A stretch of 64,000 nt of DNA from Giardia intestinalis (taxonomy: Eukaryota): NCBI GenBank assembly GCA_000002435.2, contig CM018791.1; one strand, 5' to 3'. A program made the translations under genes and the position numbers. How positions within the stretch are numbered: position 1 is the stretch's first letter; each line of letters begins with the position of its first letter. Below are positions 37,707-47,822 of this stretch, piece by piece. The notes under the pieces are model-generated. The model saw nothing but the letters and a program-made list of their open reading frames with translations. It was not told the origin of the DNA and ran no database searches.

Positions 37707-38563
37707 ATTAATTAGTCTTGGATAGAAAGTACACAAGTTTTGTGGTTTATGAATGAGATTCACTACTACCTTTATATGTACTAACGTGGGCTGCTGCAAA
37801 GGCGCTTAGAAGGCAGCGGATATGCGTCAAAGTCTCCATCTGTGGAAATAATGATTGGCCCTTCTTGTTCTTATTGCATAGTATAGACTCACTTTGCACC
37901 TAGTGAAGACGATCCCACACAGCTAGAGTGCCTTATCTGTCACATACAAAGCATGGTTACAGATGTTGAACTTACTATGAAGAGACCAACCATTGACTGG
38001 CCACACAACTGACGAGACTATCCACTGCTAGTTCTCAGTCAGAGTTCTCCGTCAGCCGTTTGCAATATCTATCGTTGCTCGAAGGCGACTATCAAAAAGT
38101 GCACACCGGCAAGTCTTCCTGATGTTACGCCATTGAAGGTTGTATGCATGTTTTTCGCGACTAGTGTCATTGTAGAAGCCAGCAGTTGTTGTGGACGTTC
38201 TCAGAACGAAGTACTTTAGTTCACTGGGATGAAGATGCTCGAAGACCTATGCTTTAAACATTATTCAGTTCCAAAAATCTAACGAAAGATACAATCATTC
38301 TATTGAAAATATTAACTGTCTGATTACAATCAGCTATATACATGGCTCTAAGTGGACAAGTTCTGCGATGCTTCTAATTTCTTGACGCTAGGCTGTTGTG
38401 CTCAGCAAAGCAATTTTTCACAATCAATTTACCATAAGGCCACGAAGATTATAACTTCTTGGCAGTCACATCTTATTATAAGTTCTTTCACGCTCTAATA
38501 AAGTAAATATGGCCGAAATCAAATGGGAAAACACGGGAAATCGAATAAAAATCAAAAAACCAC

Positions 38564-39199
38564 ATGCCTGCGGCCAAGACCCGAACGATTAAGGTCACAA
38601 AGACGGATAAGGGGGGCCTACAGGAGCTCACCGTTGAAGAGCTAAAGGATCTATTCCAAGACTTTATTCCAGGAGACATTATGGACAGCGTCACCTTGCC
38701 CCCAGGTGAGGACCTTAACGAATGGCTAGCTGTCAATGTGTACGAGTTCTTCGAGTCCATACAGCTGATATACTCCACGTGCGAGAAGGTCTGCAATGAG
38801 AAGGCGATAACTTGCGTAGAGATGAATGCAGGAGAAAATTGCAAATATCTTTGGCAAGATGGTCGGGTGTACAAGAAGCCGACCCCCGTGACAGCACCCA
38901 TGTATATTACCCTTCTCTTCCAGTGGGTGCAGGGCCAGCTAGAGGACGAAGCAATCTTCCCCACAAGTCCCACGACCCCGCTGCCCAAAGAATTTCCAAA
39001 GATTGTTCGCAATATATTCCGTCGTCTTTTCAGAGTCTATGCTCATATATTCATGTGCCATTACGGGACACTCGTGGAAAAAAATATCGCACAAACTTTT
39101 AATACATGTCTCAAGCACTTTCTACTCTTCGTCCGGGAATTCCAACTTATCGAGGCCAACGAGCTTGAGCCATTGCGAATTATTCTGGACAAGATTTGA
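38564..39199 (+). CDS. MOB1: Mob1/phocein-family kinase activator (MOB1-like)
   Basis: Mob1 signatures are present over the whole 211 aa: LNEWLAVNVYEFFESIQLIYSTCEKVC, CVEMNAGENCKYLWQDG, KKPTPVTAPMYITLLFQWVQGQLEDEAIFPT and FPKIVRNIFRRLFRVYAHIF. Confidence 0.85.
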   Translation: MPAAKTRTIKVTKTDKGGLQELTVEELKDLFQDFIPGDIMDSVTLPPGEDLNEWLAVNVYEFFESIQLIYSTCEKVCNEKAITCVEMNAGENCKYLWQDGRVYKKPTPVTAPMYITLLFQWVQGQLEDEAIFPTSPTTPLPKEFPKIVRNIFRRLFRVYAHIFMCHYGTLVEKNIAQTFNTCLKHFLLFVREFQLIEANELEPLRIILDKI

Positions 39200-39256
39200 T
39201 GTTTGCATTAATAAATATTGAATTTGATTTCGAACTTTATTTTCTGGATAGCGTAG

Positions 39257-40237
<981 letters not shown>

Positions 40238-40277
40238 TCTTCTTTTGGTAGTGAATTTGGCGTTGGATATTTACTAC

Positions 40278-43007
40278 TTATGGTAGTACAGCCGTTTGGT
40301 GCGGGGCGGAGAACGTGTCGATAACCACCCCGGCGAAGTCACTACTTCGGTATGTGTCAGACAGGCCCGTGCTTGCAAGACTGCGGATGAGTAGGGACTG
40401 AGTTGCCCTGACTTCTTGCTCCAACTTTAGAAAGTCGTCATCTCGCTGGTCTCCCGTATCCATGTCGTACAGATATGAACTATTGGACATCAATGATCCA
40501 GAGGAGGCGAGGGGCTCCGGTGCACGAGATGCCTGTGGGACCACGAGCGATTCTTGGGCCAAAAATGTCACATGAGGGCCTGCAGGCGCTATTACAGCTG
40601 GCTTATTCTGCTCAAATACAGTTTGCGCAGGAGAAGCCGACATGGGTGTGTGAGATCCGCTGACCATCAAGGGGTGACCTGGAGCTGCCTCTACTGAGTC
40701 ACTCCGGGACGAGCTGGGTGATGGCAAGTAATCATCGTGTAGGGGTGTGTCGGTAGAATATGCTAGAGGAAGAAAAGTATTGACGGAGGGAGGCTTTGGT
40801 GGGATTGTTCCAGACTTGGCCACTGTAGACAAGGCCAACTTAAGGTGGGAGGTCCCTAGTTTTGAGGTTGTGAGCTTGGATGAAAGAGACGACTGATCTT
40901 CTGTGAGACTTATGCTACGATCTGTATATGTGTCTGATGTTGAGCTGACGCTTATGCTATAGTGCAGAGAAGGACGTAACTTGGATCCAGAATGAACAAT
41001 TGTCTGCACTGATGCAGGGCTGAGACTTGAACAGGTATCTTCTGGATGTGTGACACTGGCTAAAATAGCAGTACTCGAAACAGGCAAAGCCGAAACTTGG
41101 AGCGAGTCACTCTCAGCAGGCCTCGGTAACGGTGTATTGCACTTGTCTGGCAACTCTACTCTATCACTAGTAGACCTATTACCAAAGCGGATATCCTCTT
41201 CCGTTATCGAACTTGTTTTATCAGGTAAAGTAGAGATTAGTGAGATAGCAGCAGATGTGGTAGCGGATGTCATAGACTTTACGGCAGCCAAGTTGCGGCG
41301 CATTTCCATTATCTCTGCGTCCTTCTCCTTTATAATTTGCATTGCCTCCTCCCTTGTACGTGCAAGCTCAGCCTTCAACTCAGCTAAGTTTCCTGTTGTA
41401 TACTCCTTGATAAGGTCTGGAGATTCCGAAGTCTGCTGTTTGTTTGGGGCAAGAGTGGTTGGCGGCTTAGCATAAGATTCGGGAATCCCTGATGTGTCCA
41501 CAAGGGACACGCCTGGCAAAGTGTTACTAATGCTTGAAAAGCAATTTTCTATCATTTCCGGCGTGACGATGAGAGCTCCAAGATCTGAAGATGTCAAGGG
41601 AGTAGAGTACTTGTTCTCATGATCGTTAGTAGAGATCTCCGTAGAGCCCAGTTCAAGAAATGTTTCCATGGCATTTGAATTAATACTGAAAGGACTGGGA
41701 AATACTACTTTAACGGCTGAGTCATCAATATGCATCTTTTGGCTACTCTGATAATGTAGATTATTCGGGATAGCGCCTTCCTTTAATGATGACGCCCGCT
41801 GCTCACGATCTAGCTTCAGAGACCGTATCTCTTTACCAAGACGGGCAAGCTCTGCATCTCGTGCACTTATGTTCAGATTCATGTACCGCCTAATGGCAGA
41901 AATCTCATACTGTAATCGCTGGAGATATCCCTCGTCAATGGGAAAGTACTTCCCGGGATCTATTTTATTTATAAACAGATTGTCTAGATGCTCAATACTT
42001 GAAAAGTAATCTTCAACTGTTGGTAAGGGTAGATTGTCTATTTGCACAGTTGTACCTGGCTTCCACGGAAGTCTAGATAAAGATGCAGAGGGGGCTGCGC
42101 AATGCGAAACTTTGGGAAGGGAGGAGAGGATTTCCTGCTGTGGAACTGTTGGCGGAACTATAACTTCGTCTGGAAGCTCGCGAATTGGGGGCGGCCGCAG
42201 GTGTGCCTGCCCAGTGGAAAGTATTGACTGGAGTGACACGCTATGTGGACGCATAAACGTTGGCTCTGGTGTCTCAGTGTAAGGCCCAAGGGAATGGGTG
42301 ACTGTTGAGTGAACATCGCCCTGGCAAATCTCCTTAGCGCAAAACGTGGTCTGCAAGGGTGAGGCGCCAGAGGGACTTGCTTGTTTACCAGTTGGAGTAA
42401 GTGCATACGTAGATACAGTAACAGAAGGATGGGAAAGAGTGTCTGATTGCTGCTGATAAAGAAGAGGTTGCTTAGAGCCTAAAGACTCAGTGAATTCCCT
42501 TGTAGAAGAAATGTTGACACTACTTCTATGCCCACTTTTAGACAATGCAGTGTCAGGGAGATCAGTCTGCTTATCTGAATTCCCAGTGCTTCCAGTGCTT
42601 GAGTCAGAAACGCCGTCGAGGATAGCCTTCATGTTTCCCAGGGCTGCCACTGAATTTGCAGACGCAGATAGACTCAGTGTATGTTTTGCTTGCTCTACAT
42701 ATTTGGACATAGCTTGGCTGTCCGTAGAAATGAGACTGGCAAGCCTGGATACAGTATTGCAGTTAGACTCTAACTCACCAATAAGTACACTGCTAGAACG
42801 CTCCTGCCGCGTTTCTTTAACTAGTGGGGGAGCATAAGCAACAAGGCCATGAGACGTCAGGCCTGGCGCAGAGGAAAGCAGAGATGTGTTGAACTCCATG
42901 GGAGCGCGGGGCACCAGCTTCTTAGCTGTGTCGTAGTCTACATAAGAGATCTCAGATGCTGATGATAGGGTTCTTGTTAATGTATCAGCACCTTGTGCAT
43001 CATTCAT
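40278..43007 (-). CDS. Hypothetical Ser/Thr/Pro-rich protein of 909 aa with a central coiled-coil segment
   Basis: This is a 2.7-kb ORF starting at ATG 43005-43007. It is low-complexity and no domain was recognised. Confidence 0.65.
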   Translation of the reverse strand: MNDAQGADTLTRTLSSASEISYVDYDTAKKLVPRAPMEFNTSLLSSAPGLTSHGLVAYAPPLVKETRQERSSSVLIGELESNCNTVSRLASLISTDSQAMSKYVEQAKHTLSLSASANSVAALGNMKAILDGVSDSSTGSTGNSDKQTDLPDTALSKSGHRSSVNISSTREFTESLGSKQPLLYQQQSDTLSHPSVTVSTYALTPTGKQASPSGASPLQTTFCAKEICQGDVHSTVTHSLGPYTETPEPTFMRPHSVSLQSILSTGQAHLRPPPIRELPDEVIVPPTVPQQEILSSLPKVSHCAAPSASLSRLPWKPGTTVQIDNLPLPTVEDYFSSIEHLDNLFINKIDPGKYFPIDEGYLQRLQYEISAIRRYMNLNISARDAELARLGKEIRSLKLDREQRASSLKEGAIPNNLHYQSSQKMHIDDSAVKVVFPSPFSINSNAMETFLELGSTEISTNDHENKYSTPLTSSDLGALIVTPEMIENCFSSISNTLPGVSLVDTSGIPESYAKPPTTLAPNKQQTSESPDLIKEYTTGNLAELKAELARTREEAMQIIKEKDAEIMEMRRNLAAVKSMTSATTSAAISLISTLPDKTSSITEEDIRFGNRSTSDRVELPDKCNTPLPRPAESDSLQVSALPVSSTAILASVTHPEDTCSSLSPASVQTIVHSGSKLRPSLHYSISVSSTSDTYTDRSISLTEDQSSLSSKLTTSKLGTSHLKLALSTVAKSGTIPPKPPSVNTFLPLAYSTDTPLHDDYLPSPSSSRSDSVEAAPGHPLMVSGSHTPMSASPAQTVFEQNKPAVIAPAGPHVTFLAQESLVVPQASRAPEPLASSGSLMSNSSYLYDMDTGDQRDDDFLKLEQEVRATQSLLIRSLASTGLSDTYRSSDFAGVVIDTFSAPHQTAVLP

Positions 43008-43236
43008 CTATGCTACGGCCACTCCAATTTTTTGTCGAATTTATCTCTTTTCTGTTGAATTTTTCTATCAATGATAGTTTAAGTAATGCCTAGCAAGTAA
43101 ACAGCTACATTCACTAGTTGCTACTGCATAGAAAGAAGCTGATTTCATAAAGAAACAGACTATTCACTGTTGTCGAGGCAATCAAACATATTGGATGGTA
43201 GGTCAACGTATGATTGCTCCAGTAAGTCATGTATAA

Positions 43237-44202
43237 TCAGTACTCAAAAGGCTCATTATAGACGTTAGGGTCATGAGAATATTCTTCCAACCTCCTAAGT
43301 TTTTCCTCCATTTCTTCCAATTTTTTCTTTAGTGTTCTGATTTCGAGCATGCTTGATATGGAAGAAAATTCATCCTGGGGCTTCAAGACCTGCATAAGCA
43401 TGCTTGCTGTAAGGCGTTCCTTAGGGTTTAGTACCAAGATATGCTCCAGGATACTCCTAATGGTCACGTCCTTGATAGCAGAAAGATTCGGGGTCCAGCC
43501 CGCGACGTATACGGTCCTTGGTTGCTTAGCTTCAAGAAGGAAAGGGGTTTTCAGCTTTGAAGAGAGCTCATAGAGCACAATCCCGAGGCTCCACATGTCG
43601 GCAGCCGGAGTTAGCTTGTCCCCAAGCAGAACCTCTGGTGCAATGCAGTACATCAACGCAGTCGTTGCGTTCTGATCTCCAAAGCCCAAGTCAGTCAGGA
43701 CAAACTTTGTTTCTTCCTTGTTGACCAAGATGTTGGCGAGCTTAACATCGCCGTGAACAATCTCTTGTCGTTTATCCTCGTTATGGGCGTCCGCGGAATT
43801 GTGAAGATACTCTAAGGCGCTCCCTATTTGCTTTGCCACGTCTATGACTTGAGCAGTGGAAAAGCTTCTGTTGGTACGCTTATATGCTCTAACGGTACTT
43901 TCTAGAGAGCAAGCATAGCGTGCCATTGTCATATAAATAGCATTATTAGATTTATAGATACCCTCATATCTGATAAGGTTGGGGTGAGACAACTCCGTAA
44001 GAGTGATAATACCCTTTTCAAGAGCCGCAACGGAGTGTTCCGAAAGGTCAAGAGTGCTGATTTCCTTGACGACTTTGTCCTGCTCTCCATCAATAGAGTG
44101 AACAGTCCCGTAAAGGCCTTGACCCAGCTCCTGGCCCAATCTGCTTATTAACGCATTAACTGCCGCAGGATCCGTTACGATTTCCTTGGCCTTGCAATTC
44201 AT
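43237..44202 (-). CDS. NEK-like protein kinase with a C-terminal coiled coil
   Basis: Motifs present are LGQGLYGTV, VVKEIS, VHGDVKLANILV, TDLGFG and IAPEVLLGDKLTPAADMWSLGIVLYEL. The C-terminus reads LKKKLEEMEEKLRRLEE. Confidence 0.8.
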   Translation of the reverse strand: MNCKAKEIVTDPAAVNALISRLGQELGQGLYGTVHSIDGEQDKVVKEISTLDLSEHSVAALEKGIITLTELSHPNLIRYEGIYKSNNAIYMTMARYACSLESTVRAYKRTNRSFSTAQVIDVAKQIGSALEYLHNSADAHNEDKRQEIVHGDVKLANILVNKEETKFVLTDLGFGDQNATTALMYCIAPEVLLGDKLTPAADMWSLGIVLYELSSKLKTPFLLEAKQPRTVYVAGWTPNLSAIKDVTIRSILEHILVLNPKERLTASMLMQVLKPQDEFSSISSMLEIRTLKKKLEEMEEKLRRLEEYSHDPNVYNEPFEY

Positions 44203-44416
44203 GACTTTAACTTTTTTAGCGCGATTGGGTTCTCAGTCAATCTACTTGACTATTAATTGTAGCGTGTAATGAAATTAAAATATAAACTAAAAATGATTCC
44301 ATTATTTATAGGCTTATATGTATACAAGGTCCCGCATTTGGTTCTGTTGGATTCACTTTAAAACATGCACCCCACACTATATATCTTTAGATAGATAGTT
44401 ATTTACTCTTATGTAC

Positions 44417-47029
44417 TTACTTTGTTGCCTTTTCCGTTATTCGCTTCGGTATATCCTTCACACTCATTGCAAGGCTTTCTGGTGTGAAAGTAACGTGGTG
44501 CTGCTTTATTCGGGCTATGTCACGGAGTCTTTCCCATTTCGAGTCTTCTGTTGTAACCCGAAATGTAAGGCCTGACTGAGCGTTTAGGTAAGTTAGTAAA
44601 GTGTGGGAGAGGTTGTGCATACCACTTCCACCTCCTATAAACACTACTTCAATTGGTGCCTGGGGAAGATCAGAAACACGCTCCTGATCTTCCTGAGGCT
44701 CACTAGATGGGCCGCATGGCAACTTGTTCCACTGGGCCAAAACATTACTTTCTGCGGAAAATATACCGGAGCCCTGTGTCTGTGTGATGTAGCTGTTAGT
44801 TTCCCTGGCTACAGATAGCACTAGGTCTCCAATTCCGGAGACGCTAGAGCCCATTAACCGTGGATAGAAAAGCATCTGGGACGGAAAGATATGCTCATTG
44901 AATAGGAAAAGGCATACGCGCAGAGTTTTAGGGTCATCGGCCTCAAGAAAGCTGCTTAATGAGAGGTTGTTGAGGTACGCTTCTTTAAAGTACCCTGGAA
45001 CGCACTTCTTGTAAGTTATTGTAGGATGGGAGATATAAGGCCATATGATCGATGCATTTCTGTCAAAGTCTTGCACACTAACACCTAATTCTGCTAGCTT
45101 AAAAATTACCATATCCACCGCTTCGGTTGAATTAAGTAAGTATGTGTGTAGCTGGCGGATGACCTTTGCAGAAGATAGCTTCTCCATTGACGTGAAGCCG
45201 CTGAATTCTATTGCAGTGTCTACAAGCAAGTCTATATTTTTTCTTGTGCAGAAATTATTGTAATTGTACCGATCGGTTTGGAATTGAGCCTTCAATCGTG
45301 CATACAGCCGTGTTAAAATGGTAACAGCCTGGCTACGATCTAAAACGTTTCGATACACGTCCTTTGATGTCTCCGCAGAAGTTCGTACGGTGCTAGTGGA
45401 TGGAATACGCTTTATTTCTGGCTCATCATGCTCTGACTTGAGAGCGTTGTTAGATGGAAGAGTAAGTGGCTCCATGGAGATCAGCATGTCTGTGCTGCTA
45501 GTTACTATGTCATCTGTTTCTTCTTCTGCCTGTGCTTCTATTACCTCGTCACTCTCGTTTTCTTCCTCTACTATTGAACTATCGCCCTCAGGCTGATCAG
45601 AGTAGTCAGTATCAGAGCCAGCACGATCAACTTTATTCAGCTTAAATGCATCAGATCTATTCTTCTTTCTGTGGTTAGTCAACGGATTGCTCTCTGATGA
45701 ATTAGGTGTCTCCTGTTCATTACCGTGTACTCTGCTGGCACGCAGTCGTGCACGTTCCCTATTTGCCCAGACATTTCTTATGGAACTTCGCGAAATGCGT
45801 GCATTGATTAGTCCGAGCGTAGTGCTTCTGGCTTGCTTCTCTTCAGGGACTTCGGCCCCGTAAGAACAAGTATCTTGAAGTGCATTCAATTCGGCGATGC
45901 TTCCATGGAGCAGTCGAGCTGCTTCATGATCGCGTACCCCGTGGATAAGCTTAGTAAGGGTAGTGCGGCGGGCTTTTACAATAAAGCTTTGCCGTGCTTG
46001 AAGAAGCTCATTCTGCCGCGCTCCCTCAAAAAGCTCAATTAACAGTATTCCCGTGTGGATCATATTAGAGTGTCCCTTGGGATGAACATACGCTTCAGGG
46101 AACTTTGCTGAAAGAGACTCCATAACCTGCAGATAGCAGTTATATGCATCCATGGACATAGACAGATCAGAGTACCGTGTCTCCTGATAGAAAAGGGACT
46201 CCTTGTGCTGCTTGCACTTATTAAAGTGGTGGAGCATCTCTGCACACAGTTCATGATAAGTGTCTATTGAAAGAGCCACGCAGATGTGTGAGAGGACATA
46301 CTCTATAAACGTATTAGTAAACAAATGAGTGAATAGAGGGTAATGAATGTTTAGAAACTTGAGCAGCCAGAGTTGCACTGCTTGCATGCCGACAGGCAGC
46401 ACCTTAATAAGATGAGCGCTAGGAATGGAAAAGGTCTGCCTGGTTGTAGAGTAGAAGAGCGGATAGGCAGTAGTGCAACTATACCCTAGGTGAAGAACTA
46501 TCTGGAAGGGGTTCTTCGAGGAAAAGTAGAGCTCAGAAGGGGCAAATGAGACAGAAGTGGCTCCAAAATAGTGTAAGAAGATATCCGCTAGGATTATCAG
46601 TGAAAGCCGTGGGGTGCAGTAGGGAACAGTCACAAAAACAGGTATGCCTAGTACCTTCCGTGTCTCCTGAGCATCACTAGGAACCTGGGGCAAGGCAAAG
46701 GAAAACATATACTCCAGTATGTTCTGAACCAGTTCATAGTGAAGAAGCAGTCCACCCTTCCACTGCCCTTGCTCTTTTCCTCCATAAACGAACGGTGATC
46801 GAAAAGTCCTTCTCACAAAGTCTGCCTCTGTCATTTCGTTTCCCATCCTAAAGCATGAGTTCTTATTACGCGACTTGCTGACAGCAGTCCTCATTACATA
46901 GCGAGGCTCATCCTCCCCTAGAAATCCCAGCTGTATGGAGTGTGTCCCTAGATCGACTAAAAGCGTGTCGCTCTCAGGAATTGGGGATCCAGCGTACTTT
47001 CCACTAAAGGCAAAACGGCTTTGATCCAT
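44417..47029 (-). CDS. Divergent actin-related protein (ARP) of 870 aa with large insertions, including an acidic block
   Basis: The N-terminus LLVDLGTHSIQLGFLGEDEPRYVMRTAV aligns with the actin [28 protein letters not shown]. Later segments (IPVFVTVPYCTPRLSLIILADIFLHYFGATSVSFAPSELYFS and VVFIGGGSGMHNLSHTL) follow the actin fold order. The insert is EEENESDEVIEAQAEEETDD. Confidence 0.55.
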   Translation of the reverse strand: MDQSRFAFSGKYAGSPIPESDTLLVDLGTHSIQLGFLGEDEPRYVMRTAVSKSRNKNSCFRMGNEMTEADFVRRTFRSPFVYGGKEQGQWKGGLLLHYELVQNILEYMFSFALPQVPSDAQETRKVLGIPVFVTVPYCTPRLSLIILADIFLHYFGATSVSFAPSELYFSSKNPFQIVLHLGYSCTTAYPLFYSTTRQTFSIPSAHLIKVLPVGMQAVQLWLLKFLNIHYPLFTHLFTNTFIEYVLSHICVALSIDTYHELCAEMLHHFNKCKQHKESLFYQETRYSDLSMSMDAYNCYLQVMESLSAKFPEAYVHPKGHSNMIHTGILLIELFEGARQNELLQARQSFIVKARRTTLTKLIHGVRDHEAARLLHGSIAELNALQDTCSYGAEVPEEKQARSTTLGLINARISRSSIRNVWANRERARLRASRVHGNEQETPNSSESNPLTNHRKKNRSDAFKLNKVDRAGSDTDYSDQPEGDSSIVEEENESDEVIEAQAEEETDDIVTSSTDMLISMEPLTLPSNNALKSEHDEPEIKRIPSTSTVRTSAETSKDVYRNVLDRSQAVTILTRLYARLKAQFQTDRYNYNNFCTRKNIDLLVDTAIEFSGFTSMEKLSSAKVIRQLHTYLLNSTEAVDMVIFKLAELGVSVQDFDRNASIIWPYISHPTITYKKCVPGYFKEAYLNNLSLSSFLEADDPKTLRVCLFLFNEHIFPSQMLFYPRLMGSSVSGIGDLVLSVARETNSYITQTQGSGIFSAESNVLAQWNKLPCGPSSEPQEDQERVSDLPQAPIEVVFIGGGSGMHNLSHTLLTYLNAQSGLTFRVTTEDSKWERLRDIARIKQHHVTFTPESLAMSVKDIPKRITEKATK

Positions 47030-47290
47030 GGAGTCAGAAAGACTGGAGAGAAAGAGCCCTGGGGAGAAATTTTAAACGCGGACACCCCATCATCGGGAAT
47101 ATATTCACACTAGCATTGAAACTCTCTACCAGATAAGATGCACAATAACTGGCGACGTGCTAAGAGACTAAGGCCCGAGGGCCTCTACGATACACATACC
47201 GGAGAAGCTTGTCTTTCTTTCAGAATAGAAAAAGAGTCGATAATTATAACAATGGACGCAAGTGTGCATAGAACACACCCAGTCTCAGCC

Positions 47291-47755
47291 TCAAAGCTTG
47301 TACATGGCACTGATACGATCAAACAGAGACGTGGACTCTGTGTTTTCAATATATTCGCTTTCTGATGGGGCGGCTGAATCATCTTCGCAGAGTAGCTTGT
47401 CATTAGTTGTGCTGGAATGTGCATTTTTAGGCGTTGCAGCAGCATAGGGCACTGAGTCTGTGTCCGCCGACAATTGACTCTCTGTAAATGCCCGAGGCTG
47501 AATGGTCTGAGAGCTGCTAAAATCTCGAGGAAGCTTCTTAGTCACAGAGTATGGCTGCCGATTCAAGATTGGATTCTGTGATTTGTTTATTACCGATAAG
47601 TGTCTACTGCCAGCTTGGCTCGTTGTGAGTCTGCCGGGTCCAGGGCTTTTTGTCCGCTGCCTGGTAAGGATGGATGTTGAAATAGAGGGCTGTGAATCTG
47701 TCGATGCGAGGGAAACCGGTTTTTGTGGTAAATTGAGAAGTTCGGGAAGAGGCAT
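47291..47755 (-). CDS. Hypothetical Ser/Pro/Thr-rich small protein of about 154 aa
   Basis: The track starts this ORF at a GTG at 47866, which would overlap the upstream gene. The first ATG, at 47753-47755, is preceded by AGTAAATACAAAATG. This is low-complexity sequence and I am not sure it is coding. Confidence 0.3.
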   Translation of the reverse strand: MPLPELLNLPQKPVSLASTDSQPSISTSILTRQRTKSPGPGRLTTSQAGSRHLSVINKSQNPILNRQPYSVTKKLPRDFSSSQTIQPRAFTESQLSADTDSVPYAAATPKNAHSSTTNDKLLCEDDSAAPSESEYIENTESTSLFDRISAMYKL

Positions 47756-47822
47756 TTTGTATTTACTTGTGGGTGGACTTGTGGGTGGCCTGCTGTATCT
47801 GCCAGGTGCATAAGGCTGCAAC

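Noticed and set aside
37978-38015. A possible box C/D snoRNA (ATGAAGA ... CTGA) in the ORF-free interval.
   Set aside because: The C-box is non-canonical (UGAAGA where UGAUGA is expected). I could not find flanking terminal stems or rRNA complementarity by eye. I flag the whole interval as a finding and make no snoRNA call.
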